Source: Amoebidium appalachense | Taxonomy: Eukaryota > Protista > Ichthyosporea | Reading direction: 5' to 3' | Assembly (NCBI GenBank): GCA_963693365.1 | Contig: CAVNZM010000004.1 | Location: forward strand, 9,390,468-9,454,467 | Length of the DNA: 64,000 nt | In this document: positions 17,955-39,274 of the stretch, in pieces | How positions within the stretch are numbered: the stretch's first letter is position 1 | How the letters are laid out: each line of letters opens with the position of its first letter | Made by a program: the position numbers and the translations under genes | Notes under the pieces: generated by a model | What the model was told of the DNA's origin: nothing | Databases searched by the model: none | What the model saw: only the letters and a program-made list of their open reading frames with translations

Positions 17955-19087
17955 CTTCAACCAACCACACAAGTCGCTGCACCACAGGCATGCATGCATG
18001 CATGCAACCGCAACCAGACTTGCCACCTCGGCACAGTAACAGGTAAACACGGGTGTCCGGCTGGCACACACACACAATCGCACACACGCAACCCTTGTTT
18101 GAAAATTGAATGGCACTCACCGTGTCTTCGTCTTCGTCACTCTTCCCTTCGTTTTGCTTTGAACCACAGGTGACCTTACACGCTTGACGGTTTTGACAAC
18201 GCGCCAAAACGACCGTCTCCGCAGTTCTAACCGCTGCCTACAACGCTGATTCATTTTCACGAATGTCCTGCCTCAAGAATGACACTGTAGAGGGCTTTTG
18301 GAGATTTCGAAGCCACTGTAAGAGGCGTATTGGCCTTTGGAGATTTCGAAGACTCTACAAACATAGGAACAACACCTTTAGAACACCCACATACTTGTAT
18401 GTTCGTGGCTGGAAGTGTTCATGACCTAACCGCAGACTCTACATTACTTAAAGAAGTAATGCGTGCTGTTGCACTCATCGAAGTATATTGGCATAGGACA
18501 CTAACAGTGTATATGTGCTGACAGAAGACAGGCATGTCTAAGAACATGAGACCAGGCAATCCTTGACAGAATCCGAACAAAGCTTTTGACACCCTTGTTT
18601 ACGCCGGACGCGCAACTTTGTGCAGCGTTCTCAGGGTACTAATATTCAAATATCTACTAACATATGCTAGGTATTTGTCACAAATTTGAGTGATTCCTCC
18701 AGGGCAGGTGTCGAAATATCCAAATCATATTTCAGTAATAGTGCAGTTTATTTGATATTAATTGTCAGCCCTGATTCTGGCAGATTCACATCGAGGGCAA
18801 GAGGGAATTGCGCAAAAGCACGGGACGATACCCAACCAATCATATCAGTCTAAATAAATTATTTACTAAATAAACCATTTGATTGGTGGAGTGTTCGCGC
18901 TCGTTGAGGTTGCAACCTGTCAGCGCCGCCCTTCCGCTCACCCTGTTTGGCCCCAACCTTCCCGCCCCAGGCCTTGGCACAAAGTCAGACACATGTACCT
19001 AAACAGCACGTAAACGAAGACGAGTGTAGACAACCTAGAAATAAAATGCACCGTTACCCGACCGTATGACCGTGCTTCACAACAAGG

Positions 19088-27081
<7,994 letters not shown>

Positions 27082-27790
27082 GTTGGCCACCCCCTCTCAA
27101 CCCCCCTCCTCCCCCCCTCTGCCCTTTATCTTTTTCTCTTTCTCTGCTGCCCTCCTCCCCCCCCCCCCCCTCCCCCCTTGTATGGTGTCTGTGTTGTCAA
27201 CTCGTCTCTTTCAAATTATGCTTTAGCTGAAGCTCCTATCACATCCCCCCCCCCCCCCCTCCCCCCACACACACACACACACACACACAGGCACACACAC
27301 ACACACACTTTCTCTTTCTCTTTCTCATAGTAACATCTTCAGCGGCAAATAGGAAAGTATTGGGTGTGGACTTGGCAGTTGGGCTGGAGGGTAGGGAGCC
27401 GAGGAGGGAAAAGGAAGAGAGAGTGTGTGTGTGCGTGTGTGTGTGTGTGCTTATCTTTCTTTCTTTTTTTTTTTTTTTTTGGGGGGGGGGGGGGGGAGGG
27501 GGCTGATTGCTTACCGTGTGATGTCTAGCAACAGCCTAAGTAAGCGAATGAAAAAAACGGCTAACTTTGAAATTATGTTGGTGCCCACAGGTCGGCACAT
27601 CCTCGAATACGCCCACACAGCCACCGCCAAAACCAAAAGCTCCATGAAAAAGAGCACAACATTTCCAGTCCTGCTTGCATCTGTCGGATCACCGCTTTCA
27701 ATCAAACTCAAATACACACACCCACACAAAAATACCTCTAGGTATGCATCGTAGACACCTGCACATACACGCACACGCACATATGCGCGC

Positions 27791-27877
<87 letters not shown>

Positions 27878-28307
27878 CACACACGCACGCACGCACGCAC
27901 GCACGCACACACACGCACACACACACAGACACACACGTGCGCGCGCGCACACACACAGGCACACGCACACGCACACGTACACACACACATCTGGAGATAC
28001 TTGCACACACGCGCGCGCTGGTGCGCGCATACATGCTCAAACCGTCGGTGTGTGTGAGTAGGTGGGGGGGCAAGTTTCCTTCAATTACTGATGAGTAATC
28101 GATGAGAGGGGAGACGCCCCGTGGGGGCAGCTTTGTCTTCCGATTGGACAAAGCACGAAGGTGGGTTTGGGGCTCTGGCTAAGTTTGTATTTAAGCTGTG
28201 CTTCCCATTTTTCATTTTTATTTTGCTTGTTTGTTTTGTTTGTTCGTTTATTATTATTATTATGAATATTATAATTATTATTATTATTATTATTATTGTT
28301 ATTATTG

Positions 28308-28348
<41 letters not shown>

Positions 28349-28711
28349 TTTTTTTTTTTTTTTTTTTGGGGGGGGGGGGGGGGGGAAGGGGGGAGTGGGG
28401 GGGGGGGGAGGTAGTTATTCTTTTTCTTTTTTTTCCTTTCCTTTCCTTTCTTTTCTTTTCTTCTTCTTTTTTATTTTTTATTTTATTTATTTGTTTATTT
28501 TTTGGGGGGCGGGGACGTTTTTTGTTTTGGAGAGGAAGGTGGAAGATGGGGAGAGGAGGGGGGAGGGGGGTTTGAGAGGAAGGTGGAGGGGGGGTCCTTT
28601 TTGGGGGGGGGTGGGGGGGGGTCCTTTTTTTTTTTAACCCCGACCTTATTTTGTGGCAATCGCAGAGGTTTGACATATAAGGGGTAAGGCTTTGGCGCCC
28701 CGGCGGGGGCA

Positions 28712-28746
<35 letters not shown>

Positions 28747-29255
28747 TAGGCAGGCATGTCTAAGAATATGACGGTGTGGGTTGTTTGCAGGCTATAAACG
28801 AGACCATTTGATTGGCTGCACGGTCATGACCCGATTTTCAAATTGCGACAATAACATCGTCGTTAAGTTTATGGCACAGCTCAATGTGCAAGAGCCATCC
28901 GTAAATGTAATATGTTGCATGTTCTGATATGAACTACTAAGTGAGAAGACTATGCAACTGCAAGTGTCACGTGCACATTCATTTACACGTGAGAATAAAC
29001 TATAATAAAAGAAGAAAACACGGGGGCCAGGGTTGTTAATTCGGTGTGTGTGCCAAACGTGCCTGGCAGATGATCATGAGGTATTTGTATATATATGTGT
29101 GTGTACGAGAGTGTTAAGGATCAGGAGATGATGATACCCATAATAGTCGACCTGGTGGTGGTGTTGGTGGTGTGTGTGATGTATGTATGTGTGTTTGGGT
29201 GTGTGTGTGTGTGTATAATGGTGGTGGTGGTGGTCGTGGTCGTGGTGGTGGTGGT

Positions 29256-29308
<53 letters not shown>

Positions 29309-30403
29309 GGCAGCCATGTTGTGTGACCGGCCCATTACTGGCCATGGGTGGGTTGGGGAGGAGTCTTATCACCACGTACACCGGCCATGACACGTATACA
29401 GTTTCAATCCACACACAGGCTTGATCATGATCACGAAATCCGCCCGGGCCAGCCTGTGGCCGCGGACCGTCGGGGCGCAGGCGACGCCCCCTGCTCCGGC
29501 TGTCCGGACCCGTCTGCCTGTCTCCAGAGGCCAGCGCTCGCCGGCCCAGGGCTCTCTCGCTCGACCCAGAGTGCCCGCACGCCGTGGTTGTGGTGACACC
29601 AGTTATTATTTTAGCCTCCAAATTGCAATTGCAAGCTTAGTTAGTACCCGCTGGCTTAGGTAAGGTAGCTATAGGCCCTACTACGCTGCGGCAACATTTT
29701 TTTTTATAAAAAAAAAAAAAAAAAAAAAAAAAAGGAGGTCGCAGGAGACAGCACTCAGAGTAACTATGTAGCGACCTACCACCATCAATATGCAACCACT
29801 GGTCTTGCAATTGGTGCACATTTTACCCCCACTCAGCACCATACAACACACACTGATGATGTACATGCACATGTGCGCCACACCGTACCTCCTGGCCCCA
29901 ACAAGACCACCTCCCCACAAGGTACATGGATCTCCGCACACGTCCTTTAGTAGATTAAATTCACTCCAGGTACGGCAAACGCGGTATTATTGACAAAGTT
30001 TGTAGAGATATCATACGGTGGGCCATACATACCGACGCTTTGTGTGCTGGAAGGAAGAGGTGTGTGAAAAGTATGAACGACCCGCGCGGGACGGGGGTCC
30101 CCTCCGGGAATGGCCCAATGCCGAAAAAAAGCCATATTTAGCAAGGGGGTTTACGCTGTTTACTCGAGGCAAAGAGAAACCAGTCTCAGGTATGGGGGGG
30201 GTTTTGCTCGGAATATCCCCTCAGCGGTATATCATGATCACGTACATAGATGTCGGGTGATGACTATATATCAGGGTTTACTTTCTCTACAAGACACCAT
30301 AAAGACTACAAGGAGAAATCAATTAGTTGGGGTTCCCCGTTTTTTTTGTTTTTTTTTTTTTTTTTTTTAAAGGGGCTCCCCTGGGACACTCGGTATCAGC
30401 TGG

Positions 30404-30480
<77 letters not shown>

Positions 30481-32338
30481 TGTGTGTGTGTGCGCGTGCG
30501 CTAGATTTTTGTAGTGATGTGTTTCTCAAGCCAATCAATACATCTAATAAACAGGTCGCAGTTACGCGTGTTTAGTATGAAATCAAGGATGTTGTAATTT
30601 ACAGGTAGGCTATCTTTCTGGGTGTCTGTTGTGAATGTGACGTGTGTGTGTTGCGGTATTATGTGGTCTATCAAACTACATTTGGCGATACATGACCGGT
30701 TAAACTGGTGTGTGTGTGTGTGTTGTTTGGGCATGCCGAAGATGCCACCTTATACTTATTAGATCTCCACTGTATAGCACGTGTACAGTAAAAGCGTGGT
30801 AATTGATCAATAATACCATCAGCTAGAGAAAGACCAGTTCTACAGGAAGGTAATATGTATTTAGGTGTTATACATTTGCGAGTGCCATATTTGGCAATAT
30901 GGTTGAGGCGGTCAGTATATATAAAACGAGACATAAGGCTTAGTTTTTCAAGGTGTATGCTTTCATCGGGTCTAGTGACGTGTGGTATCTTTTTCCATTT
31001 GTTATATTGCGTGATTATCTTGTGATTGTGTACATGTTTAATAAGTAAGTGGCAGTCCAAAGTCACACACACACTATTGCGGGGTTTATTTGTATTTGTG
31101 CCCAGGGGAGAAGGGGAGAGAGAGGGAAGGAAAGAGGGGAGAGGTGAGGAGGGGACAGGTCGGATAGAGAAGAGAGGGTGGGAGGGCAAATACTTCTTTA
31201 AGCGGCTTATGTGCTTATTGAATTTCAGCGCGAGATAGGATACTCTAGCAGCTATTGGGACCAGACCATATATCGAGAGCGTTACAGGCCCAGGTTTACA
31301 ACAGTTGTTAGATAGAAAGGAGGCAACTTCTGCTTCAAGGAAATTTGCCAAGGGTTTAAGCGCTCTAGTTCTCTCTTTCTTGATCCAAGCGGCGAGAAGG
31401 GGTAAACCATATTCACATGCCGGGAAGACAAAAGTGCGAATAAATGTGAGTCTAATAGAAGGATGGAGGGGTGTGTCTTTAAAAATATTAGCCGAGAAGA
31501 AAACTAACCGCTTACGAGCCAACTCTACCCTCTTTTCGACCATATGGGGAAACATAACACCAACAGAATCAACCGGAACACCAAGATATTTGTATTCTGG
31601 AACTATAGGTACAGGTTTAGATGATAATGTAAATGTGTGTAAATTGTTGGCTATATCAGGTACAAGAACACCACATTTGTCTATGTTAAGGATCATAAGG
31701 TTTGCCTTGCACCACTCTGACACTACATCGAACAATCTTTGCAGGCGTCTAGGGGTACGGGCAAGGAGGGACAGATCATCGGCATAGAGAAGTGCAGGCG
31801 GAAAGTTATTAATAGGGTCATCGTTTTCGGCGTAAATCTTGACAGCCAAATCATCTATAAATAGGTTAAACAAAAAGGGGCTAAGCAATGAACCCTGCAA
31901 GAGACCTCTAGTACGAGCAAAACCATATGAAAGATGCCCATTAACCACAGCTCTACCAGAGGTTTGAGACAAGAGTGCTTCTAACAGAACACCAATGCAG
32001 TGTGGTATACGTACACCCCGTGCAGCAAGCTTTTCCCATAGGAGACCAGGGGAGACAGAATCGCAAGCAGTTTTCCAATCAATAAAGCCAACATATCGTG
32101 CACCAACTTGCATAGAATCGTGCAGTGCCATTATTTGAACATAACACGAATTGTTTTTACGAAAAGCGGATTGGCATGGGTGTATGTGTGTTGGAGTGCA
32201 GACTTACGCTCACTCCACAATATGTGTATGTTAGCTTTACAATTGGTTCCGTGTACACAGACACACGCTGACACTCGATCACCACATGCACATCTGCATA
32301 GTTGAGGAATGTTGCCAATTGTGTTTTGACTGCAAACG

Positions 32339-32440
32339 ATTGGTTCACTGGTCCCAGAGATCTCTAAATGAAAGTAACCAATCCGATTAGCACCTGGCAT
32401 CCGGATTACATTCCAGACTGCTGCCCCACGGGTATATAAG
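32339..32440 (+). promoter_or_regulatory. LTR U3 promoter (CCAAT boxes + TATA)
   Basis: ATTGG at ~32339, CCAAT at ~32378 and TATATAA at 32433-32439; conserved in all five LTRs; AGTAAA lies downstream of the 13-bp repeats. Confidence 0.7.
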
Positions 32441-32659
32441 CCACGTCTCTGCCAGGTGCAGTCATGGAGTTCAGTCATGGAGTTCAGACATGGAGTTCAG
32501 TCATGGAGTTCAGACATGGAGTTCAGTCATGGAGTTAAGTCATGGAGTTAAGTCATGGAGTTCAGTCATGGAGTTAACACACTGAAAGCAGTAAAAAAAC
32601 GGGTCAGCGCCCAAGCGCGCCACGACGACCCTAGTCACAGCGGACTCTACTTCCAACAG

Positions 32660-32673
32660 GGTTATGGGCCCAG
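32660..32673 (+). promoter_or_regulatory. Primer-binding site complementary to the anticodon arm of initiator tRNA-Met (half-tRNA priming)
   Basis: GGTTATGGGCCCAG starts 1 nt after the LTR end; its reverse complement CTGGGCCCATAACC is the tRNAiMet anticodon-arm sequence used by Drosophila copia-type elements. Repeated after LTRs 2-4. Confidence 0.9.
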
Positions 32674-35600
32674 ACACGACACCGCGGCCTCTAACTTCAC
32701 GTCCCCTACGACGCCTTGAACGGAGGAGCCCAGAAACCGACTTCTAGGCTGTACCCTACACCCGCGAGCGTATTTCCGTGAAGTAGAGACTTTCGCTTCC
32801 ACAAACTCCATCCGCAGCAGCCTGCGACATCAACGTCAAGTATTCCACTTCATTGGCGGGGCACGCACCACAGTGGAATGCACACCCCGGTCTACCCTGC
32901 AAGCAGCCACACTCACTCTCTCTTCTCTAGTGGTGTGTACACTTCTCCAATTGGGTAGGGGTGTTGGAGTGCAGACTTACGCTCACTCCACTATATGTGT
33001 ATGTTAGCTTTACAATTGGTTCCGTGTACATAGACACATGCTGACACTCGATCACCACATGCACATCTGCATAGTTGAGGAATGTTGCCAATTGTGTTTT
33101 GACTGCAAACGATTGGTTCACTGGTCCCAGAGATATCTAAATGAAAGTAACCAATCCGATTAGCGCCTGGCATCCGGATTACATTCCAGACTGCTGCCCC
33201 ACGGGTATATAAGCCACGTCTCTGCCAGGTGCAGACATGGAGTTAAGTCATGGAGTTCAGTCATGGAGTTCAGTCATGGAGTTCAGTCATGGAGTTCAGT
33301 CATGGAGTTAACACACTGAAAGCAGTAAAAAAACGGGTCAGCGCCCAAGCGCGCCACGACGACCCTAGTCACAGCGGACTCTACTTCCAACAGGGTTATG
33401 GGCCCAGACACGACACCGCGGCCTCTAACTTCACGTCCCCTACGACGCCTTGAACGGAGGAGCCCAGAAACCGACTTCTAGGCTGTACCCTACACCCGCG
33501 AGCGTATTTCCGTGAAGTAGAGACTTTCGCTTCCACAAACTCCATCCGCAGCAGCCTGCGACATCAACGTCAAGTATTCCACTTCATTGGCGGGGCACGC
33601 ACCACAGTGGAATGCACACCCCGGTCTACCCTGCAAGCAGCCACACTCACTCTCTCTTCTCTACAGTGGTGTGTACACTTCTCCAATTGGGTAGGGGTGT
33701 TGGAGTGCAGACTTACGCTCACTCCACAATATGTGTATGTTAGCTTTACAATTGGTTCCGTGTACACAGACACACGCTGACACTCGATCACCACATGCAC
33801 ATCTGCATAGTTGAGGAATGTTGCCAATTGTGTTTTGACTGCAAACGATTGGTTCACTGGTCCCAGAGATCTCTAAATGAAAGTAACCAATCCGATTAGC
33901 ACCTGGCATCCGGATTACATTCCAGACTGCTGCCCCACGGGTATATAAGCCACGTCTCTGCCAGGTGCAGACATGGAGTTCAGACATGGAGTTCAGTCAT
34001 GGAGTTAAGTCATGGAGTTAAGTCATGGAGTTAAGTCATGGAGTTCAGTCATGGAGTTAACACACTGAAAGCAGTAAAAAAACGGGTCAGCGCCCAAGCG
34101 CGCCACGACGACCCTAGTCACAGCGGACTCTACTTCCAACAGGGTTATGGGCCCAGACACGACACCGCGGCCTCTAACTTCACGTCCCCTACGACGCCTT
34201 GAACGGAGGAGCCCAGAAACCGACTTCTAGGCAAGTATTCCACTTCATTGGCGGGGCAAGCACCACAGTGGAATGCACACCCCGGTCTACCCTGCAAGTA
34301 GCCACACTCACTCTCTCTTCTCTAGTGGTGTGTACACTTCTCCAATTGGGTAGGGGTGTTGGAGTGCAGACTTACGCTCACTCCACAATATGTGTATGTT
34401 AGCTTTACAATTGGTTCCGTGTACACAGACACACACTGACACTCGATCACCACATGCACATCTGCATAGTTGAGGAATGTTGCCAATTGTGTTTTGACTG
34501 CAAACGATTGGTTCACTGGTCCCAGAGATCTCTAAATAAAAGTAACCAATCCGATTAGCGCCTGGCATCCGGATTACATTCCAGACTGCTGCCCCACGGG
34601 TATATAAGCCACGTCTCTGCCAGGTGCAGTCATGGAGTTCAGTCATGGAGTTCAGTCATGGAGTTCAGTCATGGAGTTCAGTCATGGAGTTCAGTCATGG
34701 AGTTCAGTCATGGAGTTCAGTCATGGAGTTAACACACTGAAAGCAGTAAAAAAACGGGTCAGCGCCCAAGCGCGCCACGACGACCCTAGTCACAGCGGAC
34801 TCTACTTCCAACAGGGTTATGGGCCCAGACACGACACCGCGGCCTCTAACTTCACGTCCCCTACGACGCCTTGAACGGAGGAGCCCAGAAACCGACTTCT
34901 AGGCTGTACCCTACACCCGCGAGCGTATTTCCGTGAAGTAGAGACTTTCGCTTCCACAAACTCCATCCGCAGCAGCCTGCGACATCAACGTCAAGTATTC
35001 CACTTCATTGGCGGGGCACGCACCACAGTGGAATGCACACCCCGGTCTACCCTGCAAGCAGCCACACTCACTCTCTCTTCTCTAGTGGTGTGTACACTTC
35101 TCCAATTGGGTAGGGGTGTTGGAGTGCAGACTTACGCTCACTCCACAATATGTGTATGTTAGCTTTACAATTGGTTCCGTGTACACAGACACACGCTGAC
35201 ACTCGATCACCACATGCACATCTGCATAGTTGAGGAATGTTGCCAATTGTGTTTTGACTGCAAACGATTGGTTCACTGGTCCCAGAGATCTCTAAATGAA
35301 AGTAACCAATCCGATTAGCACCTGGCATCCGGATTACATTCCAGACTGCTGCCCCACGGGTATATAAGCCACGTCTCTGCCAGGTGCAGTCATGGAGTTC
35401 AGTCATGGAGTTCAGACATGGAGTTCAGTCATGGAGTTCAGACATGGAGTTCAGTCATGGAGTTAAGTCATGGAGTTAAGTCATGGAGTTCAGTCATGGA
35501 GTTAACACACTGAAAGCAGTAAAAAACGGGTCAGCGCCCAAGCGCGCCACGACGACCCTAGTCACAGCGGACTCTACTTCCAACAATGTGAAGAATAGAT

Positions 35601-37367
35601 TGAAACCTAGGGTGATGTGCAAATAACCTAAGTAAGCAAGCTTCAAAGAATCTACGAACAACCTGGGTTAGTGTAATGGGGCGAAAGGATGATATGGAGC
35701 CCTCAGAGTCCTTCTTAACTATGGGGATCACTAAGGTATCTAACCAAGATGACGGGGCATGTCCACATTTAACACACCAAGAAAAGAGAGAGCTTAACAT
35801 GATAGTAAGATCAGGTTTAATAGCACGATCACTTTCCTTTTGTGGGTAGGAGGGAACAAGGATTTTAAGAAACCCAGCAGGGAGTCCATCAGGTCCACAA
35901 GGCTTACTGGAGCTATAACTAGATATCACAGACCATATGGTATCGGGACTGAAAAAGGGGAGGATCGATTCTATGGGGATAGATGGGTCTACAGGCCACA
36001 CAATAGGTTTCTGAGCGGGGGTCCTATCTTTAAACAGTTCCGAGAAATACTTATCAGAGTCTATGAGGGGGTCTCCAGTGGTATCACCAATAATACGAGC
36101 AGGGGGGCCAAATCGATCCATACTAGCAAGCCGGCGCAAGCTTTCCTTTTGAGACAGGGGTTCACCTAGTCTAGCGGGAGTGGTGTTTGGTAACAAGAGA
36201 GCATCGGGATATTCCTTCCTACCACCGCCAGCATAATCACCGAGATCTATCAAATCGTCAACAATAAAGTTAGTGCATGTATCTAGTACGAGATGTGAAT
36301 CTGGTCTGGCTTGTGCAGATTCTAATAGGCGCATATATATAGGGTGTTTCGTTGCATAGCATACACATACATCAACTCTACCCCACTGTGAATTAAGCTG
36401 GGATAGACGGAGGCGAAAGGTGGGAGGAGGAGGGGGGAGCAGATCAAGGGAGATCTTAGGTAGGAAAAGGATAGGAGAGAGGAAAACTTGGGCCCGGGTA
36501 CCATATCAGGAGCGGGCAATTTTTGAATTCTCCCTCCCCGGCCCCGCCGGGGAAAATTTGAGGTTTTTGGACCTCAAAGAAGTCAAATCCTGCAAAATCC
36601 ACTACCGGGAGGCCAAAAAGGGTGATTTTACAAAAAAGGAGGGACATACATGAAAAAGAGAAAATGGGCGAGTTCAGTGGGCTGCCGATAAGTATATTTC
36701 GTGCTGGGCCGGTATACATGCTGCCGTGGTTGTTGCTGTAGACGGCAGTATGGCATCGCATGTGTCACGTGACCTGCACGTGAATGCGACCATGTGCAGG
36801 CACTGAGTCTAGGGGGATTTGTATGTGTGTTTTGGAGCACCGACAAGGCAGAGCCAGGGTGAGGGATGTGTAAACATGGAGTTTAGGGAGATCGTGCTGC
36901 TATTGTAACATGTGCACAAAACAGCCACGTGCACCGGCACACTCCGGTGTACAGAACAATAATATGCACATGCGTCACTGTAATATCATGTATGCGCATG
37001 CCGCACAAGGTTTAGGAGACCACCACAGTATATACTATTTTCTTTTGGTTGATATCCATGTAGGAATGGTGTGTTGCAGTTGTCATGATCAGCCTGAGGC
37101 AGGCACGTGCACTCACTGAATCACTAGAACTCATGAATAAAAAATACATTCGCTAAAAACGGCAAGGTAAATTTGGGGCCAAGCTATTATTTCCCCCTTT
37201 TAAACGTTTTTTTAGCTCCAAGAACTTCGACGCCAAAATTTCTATATTTGGCCATCGTATATGATAATGAACACGTGTACTTAAATTAAAGTAGTTATAT
37301 AAATATGAGCGGCCCGTTACAAATACAGTGACGAAAAACAGTGACCCACGAGCAGTTTTTCTTTCTA

Positions 37368-37423
<56 letters not shown>

Positions 37424-38763
37424 ACACACACACCAGACACACACACCACCACCACGGTGACCACCACCACCACCACCACCACCACTCACCCCTTAAAAAA
37501 ACCACACACATACGTGCACGTGTACACACACACACAGAACACCACCACCACCTCCACTGGACCCCATTTCCTCGTTGTTTTCTTAAGCCTTCAGACCAGT
37601 CCTGCACACTGGAGTTAAACAATTGAATTCACCTAGGCTGACATGCATCCACCCCCGCCTTCCACTCCCCCTCCCCTCCCCCCTCCCCCCACCCCCCACC
37701 CCCCCCACCCCCACCCCCTCCCCCTCGATGAAGAAGGGCCCCCGTAAGCCTTGGGGGGGGGGGGGGGGGGAGGGGGGGAAGGGGAAGGGGGAGCTCTTGA
37801 GCCTCCGGGTAGGGAAGTGGGGTCCGGGGATCCGGAGAGGAGGGGGAGGGGGGGGGGGGGGAAGGGGCATATAATATTGGGCCTAGATATCATAGTATGG
37901 GGCCCCGGGGGAGGGAGAGGTGGGGGGGAGGGGGGAGGATCCACGGGAAAGACCTTTAGGTGCATGTTCTTATTTATACCCCCTTCGAATCATCCCCCCT
38001 CTCCCCCCCCCTCCCCCCCCCTGAGTGCAGGCCGTGACGTAGCTACGATAACCCTGCAGAAGGCAACAAAAATGTATTAATTACTAGCACTATACATGTG
38101 TTCATAGTGCAGCTTGCACCACGTATGATCTCAGCAACTTTAAAGTAGTCACAAAGTTTAGTTATTTTCATTATTTTCATTGCTCTGAACTCTATTACTC
38201 TGAAATGATCACCGTGCATGTGCCGCAAGATAACAACCCTATATGTGTGCAGCTGCTGCCTGCAGGTTAGACTCGCTGAAAAGACAATTGTCAGTGTGCA
38301 TCCGACGCTTGCAGCTGCAGCTAGCCTCTGCAACATTAATACTTGCCAAGTGAATGCTCTTACACTTGATCATCATTCACTCAAAAAACCGAGGACCGAC
38401 AGATTAAATATTAATGTCGATCCGAATGATCAGCAAGTGTCTATGCGTACTACTATATATACACACACGTAAAATGCGAAGCTATCAGTTACAAGGCACA
38501 CCTGCTGCACTGGCACACATACACATACACACCGGCAGATCGATGCTGTCAAAATTTACTTTCATGTACTTCGTAGGTCCGACACAGGTGCACATGAACA
38601 CGTACATATGTACAAGCCGCGCACACACCACACCACACATACACACACACACACACACACTCACACACACACACGCACACACGCACACACGCACACACGC
38701 ACACACGCACACACGCACGCACGCACACACACACACACACACACGCACGCACGCGCGCGCGCG

Positions 38764-38833
<70 letters not shown>

Positions 38834-39274
38834 GACACACACACACACACACACATCACTGGGTGCGCTCGCTGGGGATTAGTTTTTTGGCACGCTGTTG
38901 ACTTTATCGTGTGTTTATTATTTGCTATTTATTGGCCAGCGGCCAACATTTAAAAATATACTATATACCTAAAAATAGATACTGACTACGGCCAGCAGAC
39001 ATTATACACCTTCCAGGACACATTAACACCAATAGTCTAACACACCATACTCTCGATCACAAAGAATTCCTAACAAACAGAGAAAAGTGCAAAGGCTCTG
39101 TACTATTACTCAGATTCTAAATTTTAATTCTTTACAGTAAACTTCGGAATGAAAGCTAGCCCCCCCCCCCCCCCCCCCCCCCCCCCTCCCCCTAACATGA
39201 CTGTACGAAGAACAGGTATAACTTGAAGCACTACAACACATATGAGATCCGTTACATTGGTGTACATTCCAATA

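Larger units (their letters stand above)
32189..35585 (+). mobile_element. Tandem-array TRIM (non-autonomous LTR retrotransposon; 5 LTRs + 4 internal regions), copia-type
   Basis: LTRs TGTTGGA...TCCAACA at 32189-32658, 32962-33392, 33698-34141, 34357-34813 and 35117-35585. PBS GGTTATGGGCCCAG after each of LTRs 1-4; PPT GGGTAGGGG before LTRs 2-5; internal regions ~303 bp (third is 215 bp); 5-bp TSD ATGTG at 32184-32188 and 35586-35590; no gag/pol. Confidence 0.95.
30501..36497 (-). mobile_element. Non-LTR retrotransposon (LINE-like) reverse transcriptase, lacking the endonuclease region, interrupted by a TRIM array
   Basis: N-part 36334-35586: KPCGPDG, W....VIPIVKK, FRPITL. C-part 32183-30501: QSAFR, FIDWKTACDSV, GLLQGSLLSPFLFNLFID, LLYADD, YKYLG, and a Cys-rich C-terminus frameshifted at a (CA)n near 30710-30722. 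Removing 32189-35585 plus one TSD copy restores the frame (SILHIHPCQSAFRKNNS). Confidence 0.93.

Noticed and set aside
27330-27710. Minus-strand exon-like segment encoding a hydrophobic helix, with a GTAAGC donor at ~27514
   Set aside because: Could be real, but it conflicts with the unresolved 3' end of the DUF4460 gene and has no recognisable homology.
32131-35406. Recurrent 60-115-aa ORFs within the TRIM LTRs
   Set aside because: They recur only because the LTR is repeated; no gag or other recognisable motif.
32189-35585. RT-associated repeat array resembling a CRISPR-, retron- or DGR-like system
   Set aside because: The units are near-identical with no unique spacers, and they have LTR termini, PBS, PPT and a TSD. 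Excising the array restores the RT frame, so it is an insertion into the RT rather than a partner array.
38200-38262. HMHGDH resembling a metallo-beta-lactamase HxHxDH motif
   Set aside because: Isolated hexapeptide; the flanking residues and other MBL motifs are not found, and no convincing gene model could be built.
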